Origin: Gonapodya sp. JEL0774
Taxonomy: Eukaryota
Assembly: GCA_027604505.1 (NCBI GenBank)
Contig: JADIIX010000019.1
Location: forward strand, 1-64,000
DNA length: 64,000 nt
Direction of reading: 5' to 3'
The position numbers and the translations under genes are program-made. The notes below the pieces were generated by a model. The model was not told the origin of the DNA, did not search any database, and saw only the letters and a program-made list of their open reading frames with translations. The stretch's first letter is position 1; every line of letters begins with the position of its first letter. Below are positions 12,101 to 24,781 of this stretch, in pieces.

Positions 12101-13774
12101 TTCGGACAGTTTCGTCCCGGGTTGAGATGGTGCTAGCTCCACAGATCGCAGGCCCTTAGAGAGGTCTTTGAGAGAAGCGCTTGTGGCACCAGGCGACAAG
12201 TCGTGAGGCAGTCCGTTTGTCGTGCCGTTTACAGCAAGAGATAGCTTCCGGTTTGTCAACGAAGCTAACCCAGCCCCAACGAGTGTGTCCTGCTGCAATT
12301 TTTGCTTCTCCAAATCCCCTGATGGTCGAGAGCGCGGGTCCCGCTTGACCGCGGGTGGCCCAGAACCCATACCTGACGCTCCATCTGATGGTCTTGTCCG
12401 CTTGGTAATGTTTCTGACGTTGCTTTGGCTGCTTTGACCTGCGAAAGGCCCACGTCCACGCCGAGGCGCCGAATGGGTGTTATCATTTCCTGTACCGTTT
12501 GCAGACGTTGGGGTCGGTAGCGTGGTTGTGGGTAGGATTGGGAGAGCTGACGGAACGTGCTTCCCGGGGAGTTCGCTTGACGTGGACAATAAAGACGGCT
12601 TACGCTCGGAGAGGACGAGAGAAGGGTCGGGCTGGAAACCGTTGGAGCGGTAAATGTATAGTAAGAGTAACGTTGCAGTCGATGTCATCCGTTTCACCGA
12701 CCTTGAATTTAACGGGGAACAGAAACTTGACCAGTTTGCGTCGACCAACACCAGTTGTGAAAGGGGGAGCATCCCTTGGGTCTCCGGAATGATGTTCGGA
12801 CTGAACGCTCTCCTGAAGTGTGGTTTGCAACGAACCAATCAATTGGGAGAGAGAATTGGGCATCGGACGGCTCTCAGACCACGAAATCTTATCAATCTAT
12901 GAGTGGAGATCAACTTGCCGATGTATTTCCATTTGCATAGGATGGCTCCTCCAGGTTGGGCATGCTGAACAATTGTTTTGGACACCCAATAACGTGGAAA
13001 GAATTGAGCAAAGGGAAACAATCTCACAGTGCTCTTTTATATAACGGTCGTCCTTTTGACTCCTGTGAACATTGAGTATCCCCTGGGGTCACCTCGCAAT
13101 TGATTCTTCATCCAAAGAAACCGACCCACTCGCAAAATGCGGGTCGGAGAAAATTGCACATCATTCGATTATGAAATGTTGCTCACCTGTCCTCGGCGCT
13201 CCGCAAGCGACGTGGAGACCGCCCTTACTGGACGTGAGTCCATTCGACGCAGCATACAATTTTCTATGTGGCACACCCGTACACCTCAAGATTTCTTTCT
13301 GCAAAACATAAGAAACTCCTCGTGCGGCCTTCCGTTTCTTACAATGAGACCACGAAGGTCGTTCGTGAGGCTCTTTGCCATCAGTTGCCGCGCGAGTTTT
13401 AGGAGCTTGGAATCCCATTTAACATTCTCTTTTGCAATTTTTATTCATTACATTGTAGTGTTTTCGGCAGACACAGCCACTCGTTTTGACTGCACCTTCG
13501 GTACCCCGTGTGTTCCGTGTTGGGGAGTGGGCACATATCCCCTCCCCTCTCCAAACCCCTGCTTGCCAATCCCCATTTCCCCCAGGTGTGCACCACATTC
13601 ATTCTCTGATTATCGACTGTACTTCTCACGTCTACTTTCTCTGTCCCCGCTTTCCGCCGCCGTGCCATACCCCTCGACGCCGGCGCCAACGCGTTGCCTC
13701 CAACGGGCACACCGTCCCATTTCCATTTCGTGCGCACTCCCCGCTTCTGCTGGGGCATCCTTGTATCTAGACAT
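9165..13774 (-). CDS. SET1: Histone H3K4 methyltransferase Set1 (N-SET, SET, post-SET), multi-exon
   Basis: WIN motif [42 protein letters not shown]...[41 protein letters not shown]...[13 protein letters not shown]. The 5' exons and start are tentative. Confidence 0.93.
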
Positions 13775-13898
13775 CTCCCGTACGTTTCTTTCCACATTTA
13801 TCCGGTGGGAGAGAAGCCTTGCTCTGTTTGAGAGCAAACGAAAGGCAACCCACTTACTTCTTTAATTGTACCTGCTGTACTCGTTATTGCCCATAGAA

Positions 13899-16800
13899 AT
13901 GGCGGAGGTTCTGCCTATCAAGTTTCAGGTGAGTTTCGAGGGACATCCCAGAGTCCCAAGTTCATATCCCAAAGTACAAACCGCCAATTCGTGCTCTCCT
14001 CTCATCCAATATTGCCCTTTTCTCGTCAATTTTCATGAACTTACGTTTTCTGTATGTAGGAGCACCTCCAGGTGAGTCGAAGTGTCGGAAAGACTCCCCA
14101 AATTTGTCATGACGCATGTATTCAAGGATTGTGGACAATCCCAATGACATCCGTCGATGAATGAAGAGCTCATACGTGTAGTTGTGTACGGTACTGATTC
14201 TGACCATTCTTCAATTTCTCCCACTGCGAAACACCAAACCCACACACCCTTGACATTTGCTCCACGTGCCAGCTCCAATCCCTCGGGATCAACCCCGCTA
14301 ACATTGGATTCAATACTCTCACAATGGAGTCGGATCGCTTTATATGCGTTCGGGAGAAAGTGGGAGAGCAATCCCAGGTCGTGATTATCGATATGCTCAA
14401 CCCAACGGAAATAATGCGGAGGCCCATCGCCGCCGACTCCGCTATTATGAATCCTGTTAGCAAGGTCATTGCCTTAAAAGGTGAGTTGAGAGCGAAGGGG
14501 GTGAGGCAGCTTCCGTGAGGCCGCCCATCAGTTACATACTACGTTGGATTTTGAGGGAAGAGGACACCTGGGTGGTCGGAATCAGTTGAATACTAGGATT
14601 GTCTTGTGTAAATCCTCTTTGGAGGTAGATGGGGAAGTTAAGCGGCGTTGATTTGTGGCGGGTTACCCGATCACGTAGAGTGGTTGGTTGGGGCAATGCG
14701 AAGGATGATAACTGAGGGACCACGCTCTTGATGTGTTTGTGAGCACGTGGGAGCGCTGAGTAACCGACTTTGGGTCTACACAAAAGAGGAAGCGGTTTTC
14801 TGTAATGCCTTCTGACACTAAACATGTTTTCAGCCGGTCGTCAGCTTCAAATATTCAACTTGGAAATGAAGTCCAAAATAAAGTCGCATGCAATGCACGA
14901 AGACGTCGTCTACTGGAAGTGGATTACCGTCAACGCCTTGGGACTCGTTACGGAGACCTCCGTTTACCACTGGTCCGTCGAGGGGGACTCAGCCCCAATC
15001 AAAATGTTCGATCGTCACGCCAGTCTAGCAGGCAGTCAAATCATCAACTACAGAGTTAATGCGGATGAGAAGTGGTTGCTCTTGGTCGGGATTTCGGCTC
15101 AGGTGTGTTGTCGATCCCGCTGGAGGTTTAATCAGCATTAACATTGTGACCTCCCCACTCTTTTAATGCCACCGTTTCACATGTTGCTCTTATAGCAAGG
15201 TCGAGTCGTAGGAAACATGCAGCTTTACTCCAAGGAACGAGGAGTCTCGCAACCTCTCGAGGGTCATGCTGCCGGATTTGCTGAGATCAAACTGGAAGGT
15301 GCGCCGATGCCCACCAAATTGTTCACGTTCGCCGTGAGGGGTGCGGCTGGTGCCAAGGTGGGAATGTACTTCTGCCTACAAAAATCATCAAGTATTAACG
15401 GATCAATTTGATCAAAAGCTCCACATCGTTGAGATTGATCATGCCGAACAAAATCCTGTCTTTCAAAAGCGTGCAGTGGACGTCTTCTTCCCCCCCGAAG
15501 CGGTCAACGATTTCCCTGTTGCGATGCAAATATCTAAAAAGTACGACATAATCTACCTCGTCACAAAGTACGGGTTCATCCACCTCTACGACCTTGAGAC
15601 GGGCACCTGCATCTACATGAACAGGATATCTGGGGACACCATCTTTGTTACAGCGGACCTTGATGCCACAAGTGGGTTGATTGGGGTGAACAGGAAGGGA
15701 CAGGTGAGCACAGATTCGACGGTGTCACGGCCAATGTGAAAGCTCAACGCTCTTGCTTTAGGTCCTCTCCGTCTCTGTTGATGAGAACAGTATTGTACCA
15801 TTTGTCATGAACAATCTGAGCAATCGTGATCTGGCTTTCCGTCTCGCTGCCCGGAACAGCCTCCCTGGTGCGGATGATATATTCCGAGCGCGCTTCCAAG
15901 AATTATTTGGGATGGGCAACTTTAATGAGGCGGCAAAGGTGGCTGCGCAATCACCAAGAGTGTGTTGGGCTTCATTTTGCGTTCTTGTAGATTAGAGCGG
16001 CTTATCCGTTGCACTCCCAGGGCATACTCCGTACCGCAGAGACCATTGAACGCTTCAAAGCAGTACCCGTCCCGCCTGGTCAAATGTCGCCAATCCTGTC
16101 TTACTTCGGTATTCTTCTTGAGAAGGGCCAACTCAACAAGTACGAATCTCTCGAACTTGCCCGGCCAGTTCTCGTCCAGGGCCGCAAGCAGCTGCTCGAG
16201 AAGTGGTTGAAGGAGGACAAACTCGAGTGCAGTGAGGAGTTGGGAGATATGGTTAAGGCGTATGATGTCACACTAGCGTTATCTGTGTACTTGAGGGCAA
16301 ACATTCCGAACAAGGTGAGTCGATTGGTGCTTGGCTGGGACGATCAAGCACAATGAATGCTTCGTACGTGCTCCTTCAGGTTATTGCTTGCTTCGCCGAA
16401 ACCCAGCAGTACGACAAGATTATCTTGTACGCAAAGAAGGTCAACTACACCCCCGACTACATTTACCTCCTTCAGTACATCCTTCGTCTTGACCCAGACA
16501 AAGGAACTGAGTTTGCGCAGAAGCTTGTCAACGACGAATCTGGCTCTCTCGTTAACCTCGAACAAGTTGTTGATGTCTTCTCCCAGCTCAACATGGTCCA
16601 ACAATGTACTTCATTCCTGCTCGATGCCCTCAAGGACAACCGTGCTGACCAGGGTCCACTGCAGACTCGCTTGCTAGAGATGAATTTGGCTCATGCACCA
16701 CAGGTGGCGGACGCAATACTGGGCAATCAAATGTTCACACACTATGACCGGGCTCACATCGCTCAGCTGTGTGAGAAAGCCGGATTGTTCCAGAGGGCTC

Positions 16801-19800
16801 TGGAGCATTATACAGACATTTATGACATAAAAAGGACAATCGTGCACACACAGCTTCTGAACCCCGAGGTAAAGTGATGATATTCCTCTTGAAGTATGCA
16901 CTCCACATTAACTCCACATTAATTCGTTTCTGTATCAAAGTGGACAGTCAACTTTTTTGGTCACTTGTCCGTGGAGCAATCTCTTGAGTGTCTCAAGGAA
17001 ATGCTTACAAGCAATATGAGACAGAATCTGCAGATTGTTGTGCAAGTGGCGACGAAGTACTCCGAGCAACTCGGAGCGAAGCAGCTGATTCAGTTATTTG
17101 AGTCCTTCAAAAGCTTCGAGGGTAAGGCCGCCTGACTATTTCCTTTTTTTCTCTGTGTTCTGTTGTAATTATTTCGGTCGGCAGGCCTGTACTATTACCT
17201 AGGTTCAGTCGTTAACTTTAGCACGGACCAGGAAGTGCATTTTAAGTACATTCAGGCTGCATGTCGGACCGGTCAGCTCAAGGAAGTGGAAAGAATCGTC
17301 CGGGAGAGCAACTACTATGATGCGGAAAAAGTCAAAAACTTTTTGAAGGTGGGCTCTCGGTTCTTCTATTTAACAGTGATTGTCCTTCGTGAACTTCCTC
17401 AAATGTTGTCAGGAGGCCAAGCTCACAGACCAGTTACCGTTGATTATTGTCTGCGACAGATTTGGTTTCGTTCATGATCTGGTGCTATACCTTTACCAGA
17501 ACGAGCTCTCCAAGTACATTGAGATTTATGTTCAGAAAGTCAACCCAGCTAGGACGCCTGCCGTCATTGGTGCGCTTCTCGATGTCGACTGTCCCGAGGT
17601 CCAGATAAAGGAGCTCATCGCTTCTGTACGCGGCATCATTCCCGTGGACGAGTTGGTGGCTGAGGTGGAGAAACGCAACAGGCTAAAATTGCTACTTCCT
17701 TGGCTCGAGAGCAAGGTGAAGGAAGGCTCTCAGGACGTCAATGTTTACAATGCCATCGCAAAGATCTATATTGATAGCAACAACAATCCAGAGGGATTTC
17801 TAAAGGACAACAAGGTTTGTTCATTTAGATTTGAGAAATTCATGTTGCCATCCGCTCATATTTGTCTTTCAGATGTACGACCCGCGGGTTGTCGGCAAGT
17901 ATTGTGAAAAGAGAGATCCTTACCTTGCCTTCATTGCCTATGAGAGAGGTCTCTGCGATGCTGAGCTCATACAAATCACCAATGACAACTCCATGTTCAA
18001 GCACCAGGCCCGTTACTTGGTCAAACGGCGAAGTCCTGAGCTTTGGAACTCAGTGTTGAACAATGAGAACCCGTACAAGAGGCAAATTGTCGACCAGGTT
18101 GTCGGGACCGCTCTCCCGGAAACTCAAGACCCAGAGGATGTTTCAATTACCGTAAAAGCCTTCATGGCTGCCGATTTGCCAAACGAGCTCATTGAACTTT
18201 TGGAAAAGCTGGTGCTCGAAAATTCGGCATTTAGCGACAACCGTAATCTGCAGAATCTGTTGATTTTGACAGCAATTAGAGTATGTCAAGATTTTTCTGT
18301 GGGGTTTTAACCAATGATTGCTTTTCTGACACCTACCACGTCAGGCTGACACCACCCGGGTCATGGACTATGTGGTTAGATTGAACAACTATGACGCTCC
18401 AGACATTGCTGGTATTGCAATTACGAACGGTCTTTTCGAAGAGGCCTTCGCAATATACAAGAAGTACGATCAACATCTTGACGCAGTCAAGGTGCTCATT
18501 GAGAACCTCGACCACGTCGACCGTGCGTATGAGTATGCGGAAAAGGTGGACAAATCCGATGTGTGGAGTCGTCTTGCGAAAGCGCAACTGGACCATTCCC
18601 GCGTGAAGGACGCTATCGACTCATACATCAAAGCAGACGACCCCCTCAACTTTAACGAGGTCATTGCTGTCGCAGAACGGGAGAACAAATTTGATGACCT
18701 CGTTCGCTTCCTCCTCATGGCTCGTAAGAAGTCGAGGGAGGCTTCCATCGAAAGCGAGCTTCTCTTTGCATACGCGAAGACGAACCGTCTCGCTGAACTC
18801 GAAGAGTTTATCTCCACTCCGAACATTGCGCAGGTATGTAGTCACCATTGGGTTGCTACAGAATTGTGCTTTTGTTGAGCGCCTATATTCAAAAAGATCG
18901 GCAACGTTGGAGATCGTTGTTTCGATGCCAAACTCTTCCAGGCCGCGAAAATTCTATTCAGTAATGTCAGCAACTGGGCCAGACTGGCTACCACTCTCGT
19001 ATACCTCGGAGAATATCAGAACGCGGTTGACTGTGCCAGGAAAGCCAGCAGTACCAAGTGAGTTCCTCGACTTTTGAATATACTTATCCCTTTCTGAACC
19101 GTGTTGATCGGGGGACAGGGTTTGGAAAGAAGTGAATGCCGCGTGTGTAGAAGCCAGAGAATTCCGCTTGGCGCAGATTTGTGGTCTCAATCTTATCATA
19201 CATGCTGAAGAACTCACGGTAAGTTCACCTGTCTATTTCAGGTATGACTCAATCGAAACAACGCCAATATCTTTCATGTAGGAATTGATTCGACAATACG
19301 AGAAGGGTGGTTACTTCGAGGAGTTGATGTCTTTGCTCGAAGCCGGCCTCGGCCTCGAGAGGGCACATATGGGAATGTTCACCGAACTTGCTATTCTCTA
19401 CTCCAAGTACAAGCCCGAAAAGCTTATGGACCACCTGAAGCTTTATTGGAGCCGCATTAATATTCCTAAGGTCATTCGCGCTTGCGAGGCGACGCACTTA
19501 TGGCCTGAACTCGTGTTCCTTTACACCCACTATGATGAATATGACAACGCAGCTTTGACCATGATGGCGCACTCAGCTATTGCCTGGGAGCATGGGCCCT
19601 TCAAAGATGTTGTTGTTAAGGTCGCGAACCTGGAGATTTACTACAAGGTTTCTTGCCGAGCGATTGTTGTAGTCTCCCCAGCCTTGCTCAGTATTTCCGC
19701 CTTTAGGCCCTGCAATTCTATCTGAACGAGCAACCGTTGCAAATCAACGACCTCCTCGTTGTACTCACTCCCCGCATTGATCATTCCCGGGTTGTCTCGA

Positions 19801-20838
19801 TGTTCCAAAAGAACGGTCACCTCCCGCTCATCAAGCAATACCTCATTGCGGTACAGCAAGTGCGCGAGATTATTAAGACAAGTCTTTGCGCCTTGCGTTA
19901 AAGTAACACCTACTGTCCTCTTTGCAGGCGAACAACAGTGCCGTGAATGCTGCGTACAACGACCTGTTGATTGAAGAAGAGGATTATAAGTCCCTCCGTG
20001 ACTCCATTGACCACTTCGAGAACTTTGACAATGTTGCACTTGCAATTCGGCTAGAGAAGCACGAATTGCTTGAATTCCGCAGAATATCCGCGCATTTGTA
20101 CAAGGTTCGTCGTTCTGCTATTGCGGATATTCCCCGCACCTCATTCTTCCACCGTCACTTTTAATAGAAAAACAAGAGGTGGAGACAGTCTATGGCACTG
20201 TCGAAGCAGGACAAGCTATACAAGGATGCTATGGAGACTGCATCGGAGTCGCGAGACACGGAAATTGCAGAAGAATTGCTGGCGTACTTTGTGGAGAACA
20301 AAAACTACGATTGCTTCGCTGCAGCTCTCTACACTTGTTATGTAAGTGAAGCCTTCATCTGCGAGTACTGGTTACCATATGAGAGCCTGATTCGTGTATA
20401 CAGGACCTTCTCCGCCCAGACGTCGTGATGGAAATAGCCTGGCGAAACAGGATTTTCGACTTCGCATTCCCCTACCTCATACAAACTATCCGTGAATATA
20501 TGTCCAAGGTTTGTAACGATGATGCGAAGCTACTGCGCACAATTTTAACGATTTTGAGATTGTTAGGTTGACACGTTGGAGAAAGCTAACTCCGACCGAA
20601 ACCAAAAGGAGGAACAGAAGGAAAAGCAGGAGTCTATCGTTCCTATGAATGCTCCCCTGATGCTCACAGTGAGTGCAAGTGCGATTGTCATTCATGTTTG
20701 TGAAATAGCTCTCAGATGACTTCTGATACAAAGTATGGTCCTTCCGCGGGAATGCCACCAATGCCGATGGGTGGAGTTCCGGGAATGGGGGGAGTTCCTC
20801 CTTACCAGCCGAATGGATACGGTGGTATGGGTTTCTAG
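13899..20838 (+). CDS. CHC1: Clathrin heavy chain (22 introns by manual splicing)
   Basis: [56 protein letters not shown] repeats; [19 protein letters not shown]; Pro/Gly-rich tail ending GYGGMGF*. Confidence 0.98.
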
Positions 20839-20955
20839 TCATATTAGTTTCCACATGCGACTGTACAAATCTGAAGGAAAGCTATATCAAGGTCTTCCAG
20901 CCCGGAGGATCCTGGGTGGTGACCACTGCTCAACACACATTGAGGACAAACCAGA

Positions 20956-21991
20956 ATGGCAACTCATAGGGACCCCATCTTCATAGACAGTAAGCTCATT
21001 TCTTGTATCTGAGCCAGAGAGATGCCACTCAATCCCTGTGTTTTCTTCCATCATTACTGGCTTGGTTCATTCGCTGAAACTACAACTTGGACAATACTAA
21101 CGATTCACGAATCCTCGCGCTCGTTCCATCTGATAAAGAAATCTACGTGGAACCCAGTCCGCTTTCCTCGTCTATTCCGGAAGTGAAGGAAATAGGGGCA
21201 TCTTCAGCTGCCTTGGAGACTGCGTCCTTCTTCTTGGGTTCACACTGCAAAGATGTTAACGAGGACTTCATGCTATGCAAGAGTGAAAGCACGGATCCGA
21301 GGCACTGTTTGAAGGAAGGTCGGAGGGTCACACGCTGTGCGCAGAGCTTGTGAGTGATCCTTAACATGGACTGATGCGAACAACACAACCAAGAAGTGAG
21401 GAGCAAAGTCTCTGTTCCGCGGTTCTGTGCGACTTGAGAACACACGGACTCAGTTCCAATATGATCGCTGTATGACATGTCACTCTTTCGAGCGCGAACC
21501 GAAGTGCCTTCCTCTGGAGCTTAAACTGGACCGCTACATCCAATTCCGAATGTCGGGGGGTGATTGGAATCATGTTCGTTAACGGTTTATGTACCGTGGA
21601 GAACATTCGTATCCAAGTTCTTGGAACGACTCTCCGTTTCCACCAATCGCCTAAGATCCCGCACGAATTCACGGTGACTCAAACTATTGCTCTAAATCCT
21701 GCTTTTTTCAGGATTCGCAAACTGAAGGCAAACTGTGAATCTGAGTGGAAAACTTACTACGATGCATATGATTGGCACAATCACATGTACCAAAAAGTCA
21801 GAAGGGAAGAAAAGGCTTTCAACGACTGTGTCTTCTCCAAATTGGTAAGCGTACGGTGTTGGTTATTGATTTACCACGAGCGTGCTTATAAGTAACGGGG
21901 AAATGGTTTCCAGGGTATTGAGAAGGTTGTAACTGGCACTCCCGAGGGGACAACACCAATCCACCTTAGAACCAAACAGATGCTGAAATAA
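20956..21991 (+). CDS. NDUFA8: Complex I accessory subunit NDUFA8 (NUPM, CX9C protein), 4 exons
   Basis: MATHRDPIFID|KIYVEPSPL..IPEVKEIGASSAALETASFFLGSHCKDVNEDFMLCK...DPRHCLKEGRRVTRCA|...AFNDCVFSKL|GIEKVVTGTPEGTTPIHLR. Confidence 0.92.
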
Positions 21992-22042
21992 ATTTTGTAC
22001 AAAATTTTTTGTGGGGGTGGGAGCCCATATAATTTCTCCAGA

Positions 22043-24290
22043 CTAGTCATGATCCTTGACTTTCACTCTGTTGGGTAGTGGTTCCATGAAATGACCATTC
22101 GGGTCCTCTCTCTTCAGCCTGGTAAACAGTGGCTCAACAGAGACTGTATTACTCCGCTTTTCTCCACGATTCATAATTTTTGGCTCCTGAATGAGGGGCA
22201 CACCGCCGTTAAATGTTGCCCCAGCGTCTTGTGATCTGCGTGTGATTTTTGTAGGTTTTGGAGGGGACCCAGAACAAACTGCAGTAACATCTAGACTGAC
22301 AACTCGACGGGGTGTAGGGGACGGTGGACGAGACAACGAAATTGATTGGGGATCTGGGGAAGCTGGTACAGAGAAGATATTCGCTTCAGCGCTTTTAATG
22401 GGTGGTTCTGGTCCACGCTTGGGTAATGGTGGAGGCGCATTCGAGTCTGCTTGAGTGGAAGATCGCAGATTTTGGGTCGTGTTTGTGTCAGAATGCTTTG
22501 GTTGACCTCCTATCACCGCTTTGATGAACTTGATCGCTCCCGTTCCTGCCGTTGACGGAAGTGCCACGGGCGACGAAACTCGAGAAGCAAACTGTCCTCC
22601 GATGGACCCCGAAGGTACCCCGCGGTGCACCACCGGTCGAAATCGATCCTCATCCCGTACACTTCGCTCGAATTCTTCCCATTCTCCGTCGCTGGAGTTC
22701 CCACGACCGTTGCTGCGTCGTCCGTTCGCAAGGATATTCGAACGATGAGATGTATTGTTAGCCGTAGAGGAGCGCTTGCGAATGGACACCCGGCGTGCAT
22801 CAAAGAAGCCCAGAAACACGCGGGAATAGAGAGCAGGTTTCTCTCGTTGTGAGCTCGGAGGAACTTCTACCGGAGACACAGCGTCTTGAGAGGCAGGTAG
22901 AATTGACATAGATCTGCCAGATGGCTGGGAGGGATTGAGATCTGAAGTGGAAGACGGTGGAGCGTTGAGGGGAGTGTGAGGGCGATGTGTTCGCCCACGA
23001 AGCACGCGGCGGAAAGGCTTGCGGAAATTGGAGGAAGACGATTTGGATGAGGAACGGCGCGAATGTTTGACAGATGATGCGGGTGCAGGATTCGAGGTGG
23101 CTTCAGGTGGTGTCGGCCAAGACCCAGGCGCTGCATAACACACAAGCACGATACATGTAAGCAACAGAAGTTTTCTTTTGGATCTGGCTCTACGCTACTC
23201 ACCAAGAGAAAAAAGATGCCCACTGGCCCTCAGCCTCGCTGCCGAAGCAAGCGGACCAACACTTCGTTGCCGGGCAAGTTCCATGATTTGAAACGATGTC
23301 TCTTCCGGGGAGGTTCCCAGGTCGGTTGAGAATGATAGTGCAGCCTTTGAGGCAGCAGAAACTGCAGCCGCGAGGAGGGGAAGCTGTGCTTCTTCTGATG
23401 GAGGGTGGGCCGGGGTCGAGTACGAGCGAAGGCGGGGAGCGGTGTGACGGACCGGAGGTGGAGGTGACGCCGGGGGAGGAAGAACCACGTGTGTGGAACT
23501 AAGAGAAGGAGCTGGGATCGAGGTGCGAATGAAATGGAGAAGAAAGCGCAGAACAGGATAGAGTGAACTCTGTAGAAAGGTGGATCTTCCTGTGAATTTA
23601 GTTGATCACGACGGATTCCGTGATCTCACCGATCCTTCCCTGCCATCCATCGCCTTTTCGGCCCATTTGATGGCCTCCCCCACACTCCAATGTATCCAAA
23701 TAATTCCTGCCAGTCCCAACTCTTTTGCTTCTCCCGACGCTAGGGCTGGTTCTGCATACTGATCAAACACCGGTACAAGGATTCGACGGGTGAAAATCAC
23801 AGCGAAAGTTGGATGAAACGGGAGGAGGAGAAGGTAGACAAGTTTTAGGGTTGGATAAAATGGAATCCTGGGATCGAGAATTGTGTGAGAATTGAATATG
23901 GAAATCACCACATTGCCATGACTTCCACTTGTCTGAAAACAAAATCATGGGCGCAATCGACCTCTGAGAGTGTCATTAAGACCCACCAAAACAGGAACAC
24001 TTCCACGGTCCGTTCCACTACCAATAAGATACCTATACAGGTCCAGTAAGCGACGAGATTGGCAGATGCGGAGGAGTCCGGACGTCGACGGAGGTGACGA
24101 AGAGACTTGATTGCAGCGCAAGTAAATTTCATATGTCACCGGTAGTTAATGAAGTCGGTTATGATGTCACGGGAGTTGAAATTAATTTTGCGAATAAGCC
24201 TCTCATCTCCGTTGGCATGCAAACAAGCAGACGACCCACTGCAGTGACTCCTTTTCCGATACAAATCAATCGCGCAATCAGCAGAATCAT
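22043..24290 (-). CDS. TB2/DP1/HVA22 (REEP/Yop1-like) membrane protein with long S/P/R-rich tail
   Basis: LVAYWTCIGILLVVERTVEVFLFW|IPFYPTLKLVYLLLL...FTRRILVPVF matches the HVA22 core and splices in frame to ORFs 23195-23488 and 22043-23164. Start is tentative. Confidence 0.75.
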
Positions 24291-24355
24291 TGTTTTCTTG
24301 CGCCTTTGCGACGGTAGTAGGAGTTCTTGCATCACACTCTTCGCTTTACCTGCTG

Positions 24356-24439
24356 TTGTCTGCGATCGTGCGAAGGCTTTCGCAGAGCATTTCATCATTG
24401 TCTGTGATCGTGCGAAGGCTTTCGCAGAGCATTTCATCA
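24356..24439. repeat. 42-bp tandem duplication (2 copies, 1 mismatch), each with the inverted repeat TGCGAA-GGCT-TTCGCA
   Basis: ttgtctgYgatcgtgcgaaggctttcgcagagcatttcatca at 24356-24397 and 24398-24439. Confidence 0.97.
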
Positions 24440-24781
24440 GAGTCGAATACATGACCATGGAATAAACCAGCCGTATTAGCAAGGTTTGACAAAGATGGAC
24501 CGTTGCAAGCGGTCGAACTGCGCCAAGCGGGCGAGCTGCGTCAATTGCAAAAGCAAAACGCCCTCTGATGATTGCGAGCAACTATCATCAAACATTCATT
24601 TTGGGAGGAAATTTAATGGATAGGTAGAAAACTCTCAATGGTCTCTCCTGTTTATCGGCTGCGTTGGCTGGAACAGGCCTTCAGGGGACCGTTCGGGGTT
24701 TTGTGCTCATGGCTTGCCCGCTGCACGACCAGAGGTGCTCCCAACTCCGCTCTCAACCCTGATCTTCCCATTTGTTTGTCA

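Noticed and set aside
14072..14272. C/D snoRNA in clathrin intron 2
   Set aside because: The C box is poor (ATGACGC), and I could identify no convincing 10-nt or longer rRNA guide by eye.
21358..21366. TCCTTAAC as a U12 branch point
   Set aside because: It lies at the intron 5' end and the donor is U2-type gtgagt. I saw no RTATCCTT donor in the introns examined.
21400..21525. AAAGTCTCT...GGAGCTTA as an RNase MRP/P P4 pseudoknot
   Set aside because: The spacing is too short, and the CR-I and CR-V flanking consensus bases are missing.
24356..24439. Palindromic direct repeat as a CRISPR array
   Set aside because: Only two abutting copies, no spacer, no cas genes, and a eukaryotic context.
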